A DNA stretch of 64,000 nt from Lophium mytilinum (taxonomy: Eukaryota), in contig MU004199.1 of assembly GCA_010093605.1 (NCBI GenBank), positions 248,001-312,000 on the forward strand, in the 5' to 3' direction. The number at the start of each line of letters is the position of its first letter. The first letter of the stretch is position 1. The translations under genes and the position numbers were made by a program. The notes beneath the pieces were generated by a model that saw only the letters and a list, made by a program, of their open reading frames with translations, was not told the DNA's origin and made no database searches. This document shows, in pieces, positions 50,002 through 63,247 of the stretch.

Positions 50002-51993
50002 ATGGCAATTCTCAGGAAGGCCTCTATCATCCTCCCTTTCATTGCTTCCACCTTGGCCGTGCCCTTGATTTCCCGGCAAGACGATGGAACCGTGAACCAG
50101 ACCGACATCAACGTCGTTTGGCCGATTTCCTACATTGCGCTCGGCGACTCTTTCGCGGCAGGCATCGGAGCCGGCCACTACACGGACGCCTCCAACGCCC
50201 AAGTCAAGCAGTGCAAACGCTTCGACGGCTCCTATCCTACCCAGGTCACGTCCCTACTCACCCAAGTTGAGGACAAGAACTTCCGCTTCGAAGCCTGCTC
50301 CGGCAACGTCCTCGAAGACATCAGCAACCAAATCCAAGACCTCGACAAGACCAAAGCGCAAGTCATCACCCTCTCCATCAGCGGCAACGACTTCAACTTC
50401 GGCGGCGTAGTCGAGAAGTGCGTCTACAACATCGCCTTCCTCGACAGCACCAAAGACAGCGAGTGCAAAACCGCGCTACAGAAGTCCTCTGACCTAATCA
50501 ACGGCGATGGCGTATGGGCCAAGTACACCCAGCAAGTCAACAACATCCTCGACAACGTCGCAATCCAAGACAAGTTTGGCTACTCCTGGTCTACCCTCGT
50601 CATCACCGGCTACGCGCAATTCTTCGGCGAAGCCGTCGACGGCGACAAATGCTCCAACAACCGCTTCCCCATCCGCGGTACCGCAGCGCCCGTCTACGGC
50701 AACCTGCTCCGCACGAACGTGCGCACGCAGATGAACGCGCTCGTCGTCGCCGTCAACCAGAAGATCCAGCAGAAGATCCTGCCCGTCAACACGGACAAGA
50801 TCCGCTTCGTAGATATCGATCCCTTGTTCGAGGGCCACCGCTTCTGCGAAAAGGGCCGCACGACCGACCCGGCGGGCGGCAACGACCCTAATATTTGGTT
50901 TATCTCATTCGACACGACGCTGAGCGAGACCGAGTTTGCGCCCAACGACAGCGAGGAGGACCAGATGTGGGTCGCGTGGAATAAGGGGTTCGAGAGCCAG
51001 TTTGGCGATAGCGATCCCGACTTCCGCCCAGGCGAGCTGCGCATTGCGGTGAACTTCCATCCGAAGACGCAGGCGCACTCGAACACGGCGCTGGCGGTGC
51101 AAGCGGTGGTGGAGCAGTGGGGAAAGGACCATCAGCATAACCCCTCAGCGCCGCCAATGAAGTGCGAGGGGACGAATGCCGGGGATATTCCTCAGGGGAT
51201 TGTGATTCCGGCTTTGATAGAAGATGCGGAGGTCGTCAGTCCTAACAGCTTACTGGCAAAGCTTCGAGCAGGTACGTATTCCGAACTTGCTGTCAAAGTC
51301 TACGTGAGTGGCGAGTTACTAATACCTCTTGCGTCAGTCCTGTGCGCCAACAACTGCCAAATCCCAGACGATATCCAACCCCACACCGGCGCCGTCGCAA
51401 CCGGCGCCGGCGGCTGGTGCCAGATCTCCATCGGCGTCCAAGGAGGCAGCGAGGCGTACATGGAGCGCGACCGCTCCATCTCCGGTGACGACCAGACGCA
51501 GCACTGCTGGGACACGACCTGGGCGAGTAAGCAACCCCCTCTCCCCCTCCTCCCATTCTCACAGCTAACCAACCCACCCGCAGTCATAGAAAGCTGCGTC
51601 AACAACGGCGCCAACGAGGGCTGGCAGGCCGGCGTCGCCCCCCTCCCCGCCTTCTACCAAGCCGGCTTCCGCCAGCTCAACGCAGGCACCCACGACACCA
51701 TCTCCGCCGACTTCCTGCTCGAGAAAGACCTCTCGGGGTTCCAGTCGGTGTGCGGGGATGGTAATGGTGACTGCGAGGCGAACGGCTGTGTGGGGACGTG
51801 GTATATCTGCTCTCAAGGCCCTGACGTAGGGTGCGGTTGCGGGTATAATTCGCGGTTTAGCACGGAGCCGCAGCCGAAGTCAGGGCTGGCGTGTAAGACG
51901 GATTGCTGTAAGACGGGGCCGAATGTGAACGCTTGGTGGACTGCGGAGTGGTGCGCGGCGAACTGTGGGGGGGTGGCGGATCAGTTCTGTTAG
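50002..51993 (+). CDS. Secreted SGNH/GDSL hydrolase (SEST-like lipase/esterase) with a Cys-rich C-terminal extension; introns 51272-51337 and 51527-51583
   Basis: Signal peptide, YIALGDSFAAG (block I), ACSG, TLSISGND (block III), GHRFC and FHP. Both introns have GT..CTAAY..CAG signals. Confidence 0.9.
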   Translation: MAILRKASIILPFIASTLAVPLISRQDDGTVNQTDINVVWPISYIALGDSFAAGIGAGHYTDASNAQVKQCKRFDGSYPTQVTSLLTQVEDKNFRFEACSGNVLEDISNQIQDLDKTKAQVITLSISGNDFNFGGVVEKCVYNIAFLDSTKDSECKTALQKSSDLINGDGVWAKYTQQVNNILDNVAIQDKFGYSWSTLVITGYAQFFGEAVDGDKCSNNRFPIRGTAAPVYGNLLRTNVRTQMNALVVAVNQKIQQKILPVNTDKIRFVDIDPLFEGHRFCEKGRTTDPAGGNDPNIWFISFDTTLSETEFAPNDSEEDQMWVAWNKGFESQFGDSDPDFRPGELRIAVNFHPKTQAHSNTALAVQAVVEQWGKDHQHNPSAPPMKCEGTNAGDIPQGIVIPALIEDAEVVSPNSLLAKLRAGTYSELAVKVYVSGELLIPLASVLCANNCQIPDDIQPHTGAVATGAGGWCQISIGVQGGSEAYMERDRSISGDDQTQHCWDTTWASKQPPLPLLPFSQLTNPPAVIESCVNNGANEGWQAGVAPLPAFYQAGFRQLNAGTHDTISADFLLEKDLSGFQSVCGDGNGDCEANGCVGTWYICSQGPDVGCGCGYNSRFSTEPQPKSGLACKTDCCKTGPNVNAWWTAEWCAANCGGVADQFC

Positions 51994-52699
51994 GTTTGTT
52001 GGCGTGGGTTGGAGAGAGTAGACGGGGGGAAGCGTTTTTTGAGTCTCGTATCGTAGGCTCTTCATATAGTAATAGAACGGCCTTGGGGTCCAAAGTTGCC
52101 CAGCAAAGTAGCAAGATGTTGAAATCGCGCCGTCTATATCCCATATAGATAGCTTTTTAGACAAGAGCTCTAGCAACGAGAGCGATTCGATCTTCGAAAT
52201 CCGCACCGAAGGTGTGAAGAGTCTTGATGGGAAAACGAGCGTCCAATACCTACTTAGACGCGGAGCAAGCAGCCAATCACTTCCCGCTTCCGCCTCTCTG
52301 TTCCGCTCCGCCTCGCCTGGTCTCGTGCACCTCACGTGCCCTCTAGCTTCGCAGGAGATATCCAGGTATAAAACCCCATCTCCCCATTCCAGAATATCTT
52401 TCTTCATGGAGAGACACCAGGGTCTCGGGGGGAGGAGATCAAAACGACAACCCCAGCACACCATGGAGCAGGGTTGATCAACAAATCGAGAGGGCATGTA
52501 TTTCAATGGCTGAGTTGCGGCTGGCGATCCTGTTCAACCATGCAGAATGAATACCAATGGACTGGTCTGAAGGAGAGAAAATTGCACTGGATCAGTCGCA
52601 TGTTGGTGTTGGATCAACAAGAGACGCTAGATCAGATCATGGGTGGTGTGGGTGGAAGTTGGTCCTCGTACTCCCATGATGTTCAGCGCCGTTCTCATT

Positions 52700-53035
52700 C
52701 AGTGCTCAGCGGCATTTAGTTGCGAAGGCGCTCTGCGAAATCGTTGTTTGGCGCTGATGTGTTTGATCGTGTGGAACCGGCGCTGCACCCTGCCTCAAGG
52801 TAGATATGAGAGCCCTGTTAGCAAAGGTCTGACCCATCGCATGTATCTACATACTAGTAGAGAATGTGCTATTCCACTTGAATATTCAGCGGCATTCAGT
52901 CCCAAAGGCGCTGCGCGAAATCACTGTTTGGCACTGATGTGTTTGGTCGTGTAGAAACGGCGCTGCACCCTGCCTTGAGCTAGATATGAGAGCCTTGCTA
53001 GAAAGGATCTGACCCATCGCATGTATATACCAATA
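52700..53035. repeat. Direct duplication of ~147 bp, 180 bp apart
   Basis: TCAGCGGCATT...GGCGCTGCACCCTGCCT...TAGATATGAGAGCC...TCTGACCCATCGCATGTAT at ~52705-52851 and ~52885-53031. Confidence 0.85.
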
Positions 53036-56000
53036 CAACATGTGCTAGGGGTGATGTACTAGAGACAAAGACTGGGGTGGAGCCAGAAGACGATGAACGC
53101 AATGGGCGCTACTGACGCGAGAGAACTCTCTGCCTGACTCTGTTTACACAGATGTTCAGCGCCGCAAGACGCAGGTATTCAGCGCCACAAGCCGAAGCCG
53201 CTCAGCGTTTCGACCCCTTCTTGATGCTTACCAAACCCTCACGACGCTGCACCATAAGGTCGTCGTGCGCACTTGCGTTCCAGACCACCACCGAGCGTAG
53301 TATTCTCCATCATCAAACGTTGAAGCAAGCCAACCACTTTCTTCCCCCAGCTACCTCCACCATGATTTCGGAATGTAGAGGTAGTTGACACCAAACACCC
53401 CCCAACCATTGTAGCTTTCCATGTCGGTTGTTGATAGAAGCCACGCTCCCACCAACAAACTCCAACATTGGCTGTTGCTTTCCAGTGATATGCCCACCGC
53501 AGACCAGAACATTGAGTCTTCGATCTGAGCAGTTGCACTCCGCTCGATCCACCGACCATCGCTAGGTAGGAGTTCTAGTTTTGATCCTCAAACTAGAGCC
53601 CGCCTTGCTAAACTCGCCCTCCTCCACACCCACCATCAGTCTGACCGCTAGCATGTTCTGCAAGCCCCAAAGGATGAGGTGTCTTGTTCTCTTCCAGCGA
53701 CGGCCGCCGGGGGGGTTTTATGCCCAGCCCAGAACCCTGGGGGCGTGACTTTCGCAGAAACACGTGACGTCGGACAGAAAGCACTCGACTCGACCCTTTC
53801 TGTGGGCGGTTTTCAAGCTACTGGTATGCTCCTACAAATCGACCAATCGCTTTGCACGTAACAAACAGTTCGTCACAAATGACAATAACGCAAGAGTAGG
53901 ATTTTCTATAAGGTATTTCGCTTTACCATTCCAGCACATACCCGAATTTCTTGCACTTGTAATGTTGCGCAGGACATCCGCCGCTGTTTCTGGCACATTT
54001 AGATGCAGTTGGTATTCGTGTAGGACGGATCACGACGTCTTCCACATATTCCATAACCAGAGTGGTAGATTCGTCGTAGAACGACGCTGCGTCAAGCCCT
54101 GGTGGCGTGATGAGATCGAAGTCATAGGGTTACGCGCAGGATCAAAGATCAACCGTGGACGAACACGCAAAGAGATCGACCCGGCGCGGCGGAAAAGTTT
54201 CCAGCGTGAGCAAGAACGGGTTATCGGTGGCGGTGGTAGATGCCGAAGGAGCGAGCATTCAGAACATGAGGCCCTGGAACTGACCATAGAGTATGTGGAC
54301 AACGACAAATAAAGTCTAGTGAACGCCAACTGGTCGTTCGTGTCTACCCACCAATCGTTCCCGCCTAATTGGCCATCCTGTATGAAGAACGAGAAAAAAC
54401 AGACTCCTAGCTAGGTAGCTTCTCCAGTTCTATCTGTTCTCCTACCTTTGCATCCGCGAGGATACTATCGCTGACGTCTACTCACAGCCTGCACGATATG
54501 GTCTCCTCTTTTCCCTTACAAACATGCGCGAGCAACATTCCGGGTCCAGGAGTCCTCCACTTCGGGTAGAAATAAGAAGACTCACATGCTCCTCGGCTGC
54601 ACAGCCTCCTCGCCAGCTCGCCGAAACGCCGCCAAGATGACCCGCTGCAAATGCGCTGCCTACACAGAAGCCCCTACGCTGCGACACCCGCGCGGACACA
54701 AACCTACGAGCGACGGCACGCGGAAGAATGAGATCAAGGGAAGTTACTTGCGCGAATCGAGAAGGAACAACTACGAGGCGTGTTCGGCGAGACTAGCTAA
54801 CGAGGCCGCGTATGAGGGAGGGACTTCCAGATCCACGAGCCTGGAGCGACGAGTAGCCGGATGACTAGCAACCTGAGGGTGGGATGGAGAACGCTATGTG
54901 ATCTCTGTGGGCGCTGCTCTGTGATTGATTGCGTAGGACGACGCGTGGTGACACAGGGCCTGAATCGGGTGGCAGTCATAGTGTTGCTGCCAACGTCTCG
55001 AAGAGCTCGAGGGAGAGTAGGACGAACAGAAGGATGGAGGGACGAATACAAGAGTTGGAAGAGTATTTCGATCCGCAGATCGAGAGCTCACGTTGTCCTC
55101 TTCTCCTCAACACTCCACACTTCTAAAAAACGGCTAAGAAACACCAACAGCCTACCTACCTACCTCACAGATTCCACATAGCAACAAGAACACAATTTCA
55201 ACTCGTTAAACCACTTACCTGTGCCTACACACGAGGCCAAGGCGAGACTTAGACGCGCTGATGAGTTGTCGGAGAGAAAGAAGACAGAACCCTTAGGGTC
55301 GCACCATCCCTCAACCCAACCAACCCAACCAACCCAACCACCCTCCCCAAACGATCATCCCCCAACCTTCCCGTTCCTATCCTACGCCCCCCGCCGCGGC
55401 ATCCCCCAGGAACGCATGCACGTCAGACGATCCGGAGAGCTGGCGAGCTGTCCAACCCCTATGCTGGACCCGCAAGGGAGGCCTCGTATGCACTTCCCCC
55501 AGACCCCATACCGCGCTAGAACCCCACCAGAAGCCCGCTAGAAGAAATCTCTCATGCATCCTTCCTGAATCCTTCCTGCCTACCCGCAATGCGCGCGTGG
55601 TTTATGGGAGCTTGGATGTATGCAAGCAAGGCTTAGGCGATCTCGCATTCCTTCGCGTAGGCGCGTTCGTGTTGGTATCTTCCCGTTTTAGCCATCGGAT
55701 CAGCGATTTCGCTTTCAGTTAGTAAAGTAGCTGTGCGTGGAGAGTTGGGATTCCTGGTAGTTAGGTGTTTGCGGTACTTTCACAACATCACCCAGGAACA
55801 CCGCACGCTTCGCAGGATCTGAGCTAGCTATGGGAAATGGCAATCATCGTAAGCGGTTCTTGACGTATTTTTGGGGATGGACGCTGGTATCGCTGTGATT
55901 GGCAACTTCCACCCTTCTAAACATCTGTTTTGCACGGGAGGTATGCGGGACGTCGATCACAATCGCTCCTTCCTGTTTGTTGCTAAATTCAGATACGTTG

Positions 56001-57174
56001 GATAGCACACGCCCTTCACCTACCAACAACGCTGGACGCTGAATCCGCTCTGACCTCTCGCCGACATCGCTACTTCAAGTCAAACGAAGAGTTGCACCTA
56101 CACCAAAGCAGCCATCGCATCCCATCCCGGGCGCCCTAACGCTGCATTCGATTCAGCAGCTTGCACAGCATGCCTTGTCCCACGTGGCGCCAGCACGGCG
56201 TTGAAGGGCGTACAAACATGCACCCCTGCTTTATAGCGGCGTGTGTGTGCATTGATCCTCACCGGACAGAAGGCAGACTCCAGCCTCGCGCAGCCCTCAA
56301 CCTGCGAGAGCCGGCTACTAGGACCGTGCATGAAGGATGCTGCCTGCATGCAGGTGCTGCTCGACGTACGAAGGCGAAGGTTTAGGCACAGGCAGGCTTC
56401 TAGCGCGCTTCTCCCGCCCTTCCACCATCCTTCGCCATGAATCGGAAAAACCGCGCATTATTCTCTAACGCGGACGGGTGATGCAATCCAGCGCCCCAAA
56501 CACGCTACACACCAGCACAGTCGGCTATCGTGAGGTTAGTCAGCGCTCTCAGCCCGTCCTCATGCGATAGTGGGGTGAGGAGAGGTGCGGAAGGTGGAGA
56601 CCCCATGGCCCAGACCACCTCCCTAAGAGAAGCGCGGAGGCCCCAGCCGTCCCCTCACCGCCTGGGCGCCAACTATCGTGAGATGCCGAGTCAGGGGCGG
56701 GTTTGGTGGAGAGGAAAACGCGCACGTCGGGTTGCCGATTGCAGAAGGCGTCAAGGTAGGGCTGCATTGGGCCTGGGCTTGAGGCTGAAAAGCGCGACAC
56801 GCGAGTCGTTGTCGCGCATGAGGCGAGATCGAGGGGGCGCGCTAGAAAGGTTGTGGCGTTGGGGGATACGAGGGAGATACACGAGTACGGTAGGGAAGGT
56901 GGCTGGAAACAGACCTACGCGAAATGTATTGTACTACATGCTGCAGCAGTAGTGAGGTTTGCTGCGTTGTAGGAGCGCTGAAGGAGTAGGCGAAAACCAC
57001 GCATCAGACGAATCGGCGCAAAGGCTGGATGGTTTGCGGGCTACGGGGTTTTCAGTGGAGCCTGCACACAATTTGTGGGTTTTCGTTTCGTCTTCTCCAT
57101 GGGGCCCCGTTGCTGCACCGTGGCTCGATGATTTTTGCAGATTTTCGCTGCTCCACTAAAAATCTCTACGGTGG

Positions 57175-57413
57175 CACAGTGGGCGAAGTCCGTGATGTCG
57201 GTCAAGGCACCAAGGCAGAAACTACTCATCGACCAAAAATCATCAAAGAGCGCTCGAAATTATCAGAAAAAAGTAGTGCATGCAACAAGAGCAGGCTCCT
57301 CGAGCACATCTAGCTACTTTTTCTTAAGTATTTGACGTTGGTTGCTCTGTTGTGGAGGTGGAAACTCTTGATGCCTTGTTGCCTGACCGACATCACAGAC
57401 TTCGCCCACTGTG
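57175..57413. mobile_element. 239-bp MITE with CACAGTG...CACTGTG termini and a 4-bp GTGG target-site duplication
   Basis: TIR CACAGTGGGCGAAGTCYGTGATGTCGGTCA (1 mismatch in 30 bp, extending to ~43 bp with an indel). GTGG at 57171-74 and 57414-17. Confidence 0.8.
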
Positions 57414-59533
57414 GTGGGTTTGTCGACGCGGAGGAGGGGGAGTCGAGACCTGCGGTTGCTGGGGATCGGGCCGTTTTTCGCAACCTCCTGCCAGGAAGAT
57501 TCTCTGTTTTCTGCTCACGAAGAACTCCAACGCCTTCAACGCTCGCAGCCTTTGTAATGCGCCAAGAGTCAGGGTCTACTCGCGGCAGTCGATGACCCTC
57601 AGATGCCACGTCCGGGCCGAAGTCCGTGGCCGATTCGATGCGTTGCTCGGCAAACGCTGGGCAACGCCACAAACGCGGCAGCGATGCGCTAGAGAGAGTA
57701 GAGGATGCGCCGAGGTTGAGGGCGACCGAGAGTCGCAGGCGAGCTAGAAAGACCCCCCAGATGCACCACTGCACGCAGCCGTCATCGAATCAGAGGATAG
57801 TCGGAGTGAGCATCACGCGCTGGACGCGCCACGCATTCTGTGAGTCTGACAGCTTTCGAAGCACAACCTGCCGATAATTGTCCCAGGAAAAGCGAGTGTT
57901 GCGCCTGCCGCCTTGCTGCAGACCGGAGTACCGACACCGGAAAACTGCCTTGAGACGGGAGACAATGCGACAAACACTGGTCCTGTGCACCTCAAAGAAC
58001 AGCCACTTCGTGGACCCACGGACGCGGATAATTGCAATACGCACAGATGATGAGGATTCGCGCAGGATCGCAGGACCCTCGAGGCATCGAGCACGCACGC
58101 CCAACATTAGCGGCTGGGTGATCCCAGGCCGGCGCGGCTAGTGCTGCCACGGAAGGATTCCAGATGCTGGGCACGTCTGGTCTTTCCTGGTGTTTTCGTG
58201 GTTCGAGTTGTCGGCTAGAGCTCCACCGAAGACTCGGGATGGGAACAAAGTCCTCCAATCAGGCTCGCGGGAACGACCCCAGCGCGGCGTCGGTGGTGGC
58301 ACGACAGCAACTCTTCGTCGAACGGTTCTAGTTCCGCGTCTGCATCGAGTCTGACGCCGAGCAAAGTCAGCACGCTGGCGTCATCTGCATATCGTGAGGA
58401 GGGGACCTGCGCGTGTGTCGCGCGAACAAGGCTCGCCGTGGTAGTGGCGGGATGCATGAGTCGCAGGCACGCCATTCACCAGGCTCCCGGGGCGTTTCAA
58501 CGGCTGCGAGTGGTCGGCTTGCGGCATCGTGTGTTGGGTCTTTCTGGGTGGATGACCTGGTGACTTTCTTGCGAGTCAAAGCGAAAGGGATCTCAGCGAA
58601 CGAGATTGCGGCTCAAACGCCCTTCCCCACACCCCGCTGACTTCAGTGGCCCCCGCAGACGCCACGGCGTCATGGCCATGAAAGCCTCGAGGTCAGCACG
58701 CGGAGGCGGCCACGACAAAGCCCACGCGGGGAGCGATGCTTGGAGCGAATTGGCAGGGCGATAAGGAATATGGCGCGGACTTGGGAGTGCTTGGAGTCTG
58801 CCCAGCGGGTGCCGCCCCAGGATCCAGGACTAGGCAGAGCAGCTGGGGATGTGGAGACGGGGACGGGCTGGAGACATGCTGGACACTGGAGAAGGTCTGT
58901 GAGGTGTTGGCTCGACGCAGGGCAACAAGGTGGTGCGGTGAGTGAGCGCTAGCCTTCTCTCTCACGGACTCCCCGAGCAGGCCTCACGTGAGTATCGGCG
59001 TCGGGAATGCCGCTTCGGGAGCGAGGCCGGCATCGCTCCCGTGCAAGGCGCGCTGAGTTAGGCCGAGTGCAGGCTAGGCAGAGCTGATCGCTGCCGATGC
59101 GGTCACACCGTTACACCCCGCCTGCAGCTGGTGGCTGTGGCGATCGCTTTAGGGGCATGGAAGGGCATGGCTTCGGGCGGGTGAATGGGTCTTGGCAAAT
59201 CACAACACGGCACTCCGCCTGGGGATCGCAGCCCGAAGAGATGCTGGCCTGTCTGGGGCCGGGCATGCTAGACCGGCATCATCCCTTGCTAGGCGGCCTG
59301 GCACAAAGCTCCTTGGTGAATTGCGCGCAACGTGCGGGGAACCTGCGCGTCGGGGTTGCAGCTCGCACAAGCTCACGCACAAGCCCTGGAGCACAGAAGC
59401 TCTGCTGAGGAACAAGAAGTGATAAACCCGCCGTCGCCCCGGTTTTTGAAGCTCTCCACGACAAGTCTCCCGTCAACACCACACCCTCCCCACATCGCCA
59501 AGCTTCGACAAGCTCACGTCAAGCGCCGCCGTC

Positions 59534-61821
59534 ATGTCCGCCCACGATGCCGACAAGGTCAATGTCGAGAAGAGCGAGCTGTAAGTGCCCGCCTGAAAGC
59601 TTGCCGCAAACCTTGACATTGCTTGCATGCGCGCGACTCGCCCGGACAATCAAGCTGACGGCAATCGCAGGGCCCAAGAGGAGCAGTATAACAATGTCAG
59701 CCTCGAGGAGAAGATGGACATCAACAACAATATCACCGCCAAGTACGTTTTCCCGCGGCTTTATCGCGCCCCATTCGCCGCCGCCCCTCTTTGTCGCGAT
59801 TCTAACCAATCGCATCAGGATCCAGAACCCGCTTGCCCACCTGAGCGTCGAGGAGGTCGTGCACCAGGTCAAGCAGTTCGCCGAGGCCAATGGCTTCGTC
59901 GAGGAGGTCGACCTGCTCGTCAAAGGCGCCCTCGTCGCCAAAGACCCGCCCGCCTTCGAGTCGGTCCCCGGCATCACCGAGGAGGAGAAGCACGCTATCC
60001 GCAACGAGGTCCTGCACAAGTGGCGCCAGCCGCGTCTGCTCTACTTCACCATTATCTTGTGCTCGATTGGCGCTGCCGTCCAGGGATGGTAAGCCACTCC
60101 AAATTCTCCGTCTGTCGCAGAACTGATATAGTGAATAGGGATCAAACTGGTTCCAACGGTGCCAACCTGAGTTTCCCCGATGCGCTCGGTATCCCAGTCG
60201 GAGACTTCTTGGATGACGCAAAGACAATTCCCAACCCGAATGCCTCGCGGAATCAATGGCTGCAGGGTCTAATAAACGCTGGTCCCTACATTGCCTCTGC
60301 CTTCATGTAACTATTCCCCGCCGTGTGTCTTCTTCATAGCTAACAACAACAGTGGCTGCTGGTGCTCTGATCCATTGAACAAATACTTCGGCCGCCGCGG
60401 CTGCATCTTCATCTCTGCCGTCTTCTGTGCCCTTTCTCCCATTGGTGGCGCCTGTGCCCAGACATGGCCCCAACTCCTCGTCACTCGTCTGCTCCTTGGA
60501 ATTGGCATGGGCTGCAAAGGCTCCACTATCCCCATCTTCAGCGCTGAGAACTCGCCTGCCTCCATCCGTGGTGCTCTCGTCATGTCGTGGCAGATGTGGA
60601 CTGCTTTCGGTATCTTCCTTGGCACCTGCGCTAACTTGGCCGTCAAGGACACCGGCAAGATCTCCTGGCGTCTGCAATTGGGATCTGCTATGCTTCCGGC
60701 CATTCCCCTCCTGATCGGCATTTACTTCTGTCCTGGTATGCATTCATCCTCATCACTCTTCTCTAGTCTCATTGCTGACTGCGCTAGAATCTCCCCGTTG
60801 GTACATCAAGAATGGCAGGTACAAGAATGCCTACCGCTCGCTGGTCAAGCTCCGCAACGACAAGCTCCAGGCTGCTCGTGACCTCTACTACATCCACGCC
60901 CAGCTGGCCATGGAAGCGTCCCTGATTGAGAAGCCAACTAACTACATCACTCGCTTCATCCAGCTCTTCACCATCCCGCGTGTGCGTCGTGCGACCTTGG
61001 CCTCCTTTACCGTCATGTTGGCCCAGCAGCTTTGCGGTATCAACATCATCGCCTTCTACTCGTCCACCGTCTTCGAGAATGCCGGCGCCGGCCCCACCGA
61101 GTCTCTCCTCGCCTCCTGGGGCTTCGGTCTAGTCAACTTCGTCTTCGCGTGGCCCGCCATCTGGACCATCGACACTTTCGGCCGCCGCTCCCTGCTCCTT
61201 TTCACCTTCCCACAGATGTGCTGGACCCTGCTCGCCGCCGGTCTGTGCTTCCTGATCCCGTCCTCCAGCAAGGCCCATCTCGGCCTGGTCGCCCTCTTCA
61301 TCTACCTCTTCGCTGCCTTCTACTCTCCCGGCGAAGGTCCCGTCCCCTTCACCTACTCCGCCGAAGTCTTCCCGCTCTCCCATCGCGAGGTCGGCATGTC
61401 CTGGGCCGTCGCCACCTGCCTCTTCTGGGCCGCCGTGCTCTCCATCACCTTCCCGCGCATGCTGTCCGCCATGACGCCCACCGGCGCTTTCGGCTTCTAC
61501 GCCTTCCTCAACGTCGTCGCCTTCGTCATGATCTTCCTCTTCGTGCCCGAGACTAAGCAGCGCACGCTCGAGGAACTTGACTACATCTTCGCCATCCCGA
61601 CTAGGCGCTTCATGAGCCACCAGTGCGGCACCGTGCTGCCGTGGTGGGTCAAGCGCTACGTCTTCCGCCGCAACACCGGCCCTTGCCCCGCGCTGTGGAG
61701 CTTCGATGGCCATCTGGCCGAGGGCGACAAGGACTTCGAGGAGGCGGTTAGGCGCGCGAGTGTGGCGGCTGGCGAGGAGCCGCCGCGGAGGAAGAGCGTG
61801 GTGCGGAAGCTTACTGGTTAA
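59534..61821 (+). CDS. MFS sugar porter (myo-inositol/polyol transporter-like), multi-exon
   Basis: [77 protein letters not shown] and [13 protein letters not shown] motifs. ATG at 59534 precedes a GTAAGT donor. Confidence 0.93.
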
Positions 61822-62364
61822 GCGTGTTGATATCGGGAGGTGTGGTTGGCGGACGCGGTTATGACCATTGGGTAGGGATGTCTACGCCTGCATTCTTTGT
61901 AGATGGGATACCCCTGGATGCGATGCGAGGTGGACGAGAGGGTGCGAGCTGCGCCGATGGAAGATGGTGTGGATACCCCCCTGATGGAACCGGTTGGTTT
62001 ACGTAACGACTAGTTTTCTTTCTCTATGTTATCTCAGCTATAGAGAATCGACAATCATGCTCTACTATCATCTACTGCCCCAAAGTGTTTCTCTTGCTGG
62101 AGCTGTTGTGTCTGAAGTCCTTGTACAGGCAATTGAGAACAGCCTGCATGATATCTCCTCGACATAGTCTAATCCTTCCTTCTATTTCTCTTACCCACTT
62201 CAACTTCCTTCACGTCATCCTTGCATTAGCTGAATTCTTCTTCCTCAGCTAGAGAGGCCAGAACCCCCTTCGGCTAAACAACCTAGACTGTGGCATACAC
62301 ACACCTATCCTTTCTCCAGCGAAGTCCTCCCTCGTCCCCTCGCACGCATGAATCTTAGCGTTGC

Positions 62365-62725
62365 CCTCGGCCCTTCAATTCTTCCGCTTGCTCGACACCT
62401 CGCAGAATCGACGTGTCACCGCAATCTGCGCCACACGTGACTCTCTAACTAGCTCCTCCTCACCAAGCCCATATCTATCTATTCTCACACCCTCGACCTT
62501 TTAAAAACTCCGCTACCCTCCACCTCACGAAATACGCATGTCGCTACAATCTGCTCCCCACGTGACTCTACGCACCTTTATCAGTGCTCTGGCGTTAATG
62601 GTCTTCCCTGCCCTCAAACATACCCATTCACGCACCCTCGGTCCTTGCATTCTTCCGGCTTGCGCGACACCACCTCGCAGAATCGACACGCCACCAGAAT
62701 TCCGCGCGGCTCACGTGACCTGGAT
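62365..62725. repeat. Imperfect direct duplication carrying CACGTGAC motifs
   Basis: ATTCTTCCG..TTGC.CGAC..CACCTCGCAGAATCGAC..G.CACC at ~62378-62420 and ~62649-62695. CACGTGAC at ~62434, 62559 and 62712. Confidence 0.65.
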
Positions 62726-63247
62726 ACATAATCCACCCCCCTCTCCACCTCCACCTCTTTCCAGCAGCGTAGAGATCAGGGCCGAGAACGGCAGCATAGC
62801 AGAATAGTGGAAGCACGCGGAATGAGAAAAGATCAGACTGCCTCAATAGCTGGCCTGCGGGATGTATAGTGACGATTGAGACAGGAAAGTGTTGTGTATA
62901 GGAGTTTAGAGCGTGGAAAATGGGGGGTGAGAAAACCCGTGTATATTGATAGTTTTGTATTACGAGGTAAGGGGTTACAAAAGGAAGAAGATACAACGGT
63001 AGAAAAGAAAATACAGGTATATAACAACAACTCCTTTTGTATAATCCCCCTATTCCTATTCCCATTCTGGGTCTTCTCGTATCCAAAACACCCACCCCTC
63101 TTCTAGGTATGCAAACGCCATAAGGAGATCCGGAGCAGAGTCCTCTATATCAACTCCGATATATCGCCCGGATGGCAAAGAGCACAGGAAAATCCAGATA
63201 CCGACAAAGGAAAATCAGCGGTAGCCGCCTCGCCTCGTAATAACTCT

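Noticed and set aside
53764..54312. 182-aa plus-strand ORF
   Set aside because: GTG start, no coding-like composition and no recognisable motif.
24547..61713. Many long antisense or alternative-frame ORFs overlapping the real genes
   Set aside because: They are expected shadows of GC-rich codon usage.
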